A stretch of DNA of 64,000 bases. Origin: the human T2T-CHM13v2.0 reference genome, Homo sapiens. The position numbers and the translations under genes were made by a program. Where the stretch lies: assembly GCF_009914755.1 (NCBI RefSeq), contig NC_060948.1. One strand, 5' to 3'. The notes beneath the pieces are model-generated. The model worked only from the letters and a program-made list of their open reading frames with translations, had not been told where the DNA came from and did not search any database. Of the stretch, positions 61,981 through 64,000 are shown in pieces (within the stretch, counting starts at the first letter, position 1; every line of letters begins with the position of its first letter).

Positions 61981-62254
61981 GGCAGGGCAAGGTGGCTCAG
62001 GCATGTAATCCCAGAATTTTGGGAGGTCAAGACAGAAGGATTGTTTGAGCCTAGGAGTTCAAGACCAGTGTGGGCAACATGGCAAGACTCTGTGTCTACA
62101 AAAAAAATAACAAAAAACGGTGGTGTGCATCTATAGTCCCAGCTACTCGGGAGGCTGAGGTGGTGGGATCCCAGGAGATGGAGGTTGCAGTGGACCAAGA
62201 TCTCGTCACTGCACTCCAGCCTGGGCCACAGGGTGAGACACTGTCTCAAAAAAA
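61981..62254 (+). mobile_element. AluJ inserted in L1 ORF2
   Basis: GGATTGTTTGAGCCTAGGAG...GGGCAACATGGCAAGAC J diagnostics; degenerate TSD ending ATGTGCA. Confidence 0.92.
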
Positions 62255-64000
62255 CATCCATGTGCAAAAATTACTAGCATTTTTATACACCAACAACAGT
62301 AAAGCTGAGAGCCAAATTAGGAATGAATTCCCACTCACAATTATGATGAAAAGAATAAAATACCTAGGAATACAGCAGACCAGGGAGGTGAAAGATCTCT
62401 ACAAGGAGAACTACATACCACTGCTCAAAGAAATCAGAGATGACACAAATGAAGAAATAGTCCATGCTCATGGATAGAATCAATATCATTAAAATGGACA
62501 TACTGCCAAAAACAATGTATAGATTTAATGGTATACCTATTCAACTACCATGGACATTATTCACAGAGCTAAAAAATTTTTTTAAATTCATATGGAATCA
62601 ATAAAGAGGCTGAATAGCCATGGCAATCCTAAGCAAAAGGCAAAGCGAAGGCATCATGCTACCTGACTTCAAACTATACTACAGGGCTACAGTAACCAAA
62701 ACAGCACGGTACCAGTACAAAAGCAGACACATAGACAATTGGAACAGAATAAAGTTTCCAGAAATAAGACCACACATCTATAGATCTGATCTCTGACAAC
62801 CTGACCAAAAAAGGCAATGGGGAAAAAATTCCCTATTCAATAAGTGGTGCTGGCATAACTGGCTAGCCATATGCAGAAAATTACAATGGGACCTCTTCCT
62901 TAGACCTTATACAAAAAATTAACTCAAGATGGATTAAAGACTCAAATGTAAAACCCAAAACTATAAAAACCCTAGAAGACAACCTCGGTAATACCATTCA
63001 GGACACAGGCACAGGCAAATGTTTCCTGATGAAGACCTCAAAAGCAATCCCAACGAAAGCAAAAATTGACAAATGGGATCTACTTAACTAAAGAGCTGCA
63101 CAGCAAAAGAAACTATCATGAGTGAACAGACAACCTACACAATGGGAGAAAGTTTTTGCAAACTGTGCATCCAACAAAAGTCTAATATCCAGCATCTATA
63201 AGGAATTTAAACAAATTTACAAGAAAAAAAACGAACAACCCTATTAAAAAATGGGCAAAGGATATGAACACTTTTCAAAAGAAGACATACATGTGGTCAA
63301 GAATCATATAAAAAAGCTCAACATCACTATAAATAGAGAAATTCAAATCAAAACCACAATGAAATACCATCTCACACCTGTGAGAATGGCTATTACTAAA
63401 AAGTTGAAAAATAAGTGCTGGCAAGATTGTGGAGAAAAAGGTACACGTATACACTTTTGGTGGGAGTGTAAATTAGTTCAACCATTGTGTAAGACAATGT
63501 GGAAATTCCTCAAAGACCTAAAGACAGAAATACTATTCAACACAGCAATGCCATTACTGTGTATATACACAAAGGAATATAAGTCAGTCACTCTATTATA
63601 AAGACAAATGCACACACATGTTCATTGCAACAGTATTCACAATAGCAAAGACATGGAATCAACCTAAATGTCCATCAGTGATAGATTGGATAAAGAAAAT
63701 GTACATATTAACACCATGGAATACTATGCAGCCATTGAAAGGGATGAGATTATGTTATTATTATTATTTTTTTTTGCAGGAACATGGATGGAGATGGAGG
63801 CCATTGTCTTTAGCAAAATAACACAGGTACATAAAACCAAGCACCACATGTTCTCACTTATAAGTGGGAGTTAAGTGATGAGAACACATGGACACATAGA
63901 AGAGAACAACAAACACTGGAGCCTATTGGAGGATGGAGGATGGAGGGTGGGAGGTGGGAGAGGGTCAGGAAAAATAACTAATGGGTACTAGGCTTAATAC

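Overview
This looks like primate (probably human) AT-rich, CpG-poor genomic DNA, either intronic or intergenic. It is dominated by interspersed repeats: about 12 Alu copies (J, S and Y types), many L1 copies from L1M to L1PA4 age, MaLR/ERV1/ERVL LTRs, L2/MIR and DNA-transposon relics. I can support no protein-coding host gene, RNA gene, CpG island or CRISPR array. Nearly all ORFs in the track are L1 ORF1/ORF2 debris, Alu or MaLR translations, or chance ORFs. I found no new gene system. The most unusual signal is a set of DNA-repair and retrotransposition scars. Four short inverted templated insertions have plausible donors 0.3-3.4 kb away; the best is a composite 140-nt insert in MST-int made of a fold-back copy plus a 50-nt inverted copy of 8467-8516. 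There are also three twin-primed 5'-inverted L1s of very different ages and an Alu insertion that replaced about 410 bp of L1 ORF1. Weak candidate micro-exons and a palindromic E-box cluster lie in the unique stretches. Repeat subfamily names come from recalled consensus motifs, not from a search, and old-repeat boundaries are approximate.
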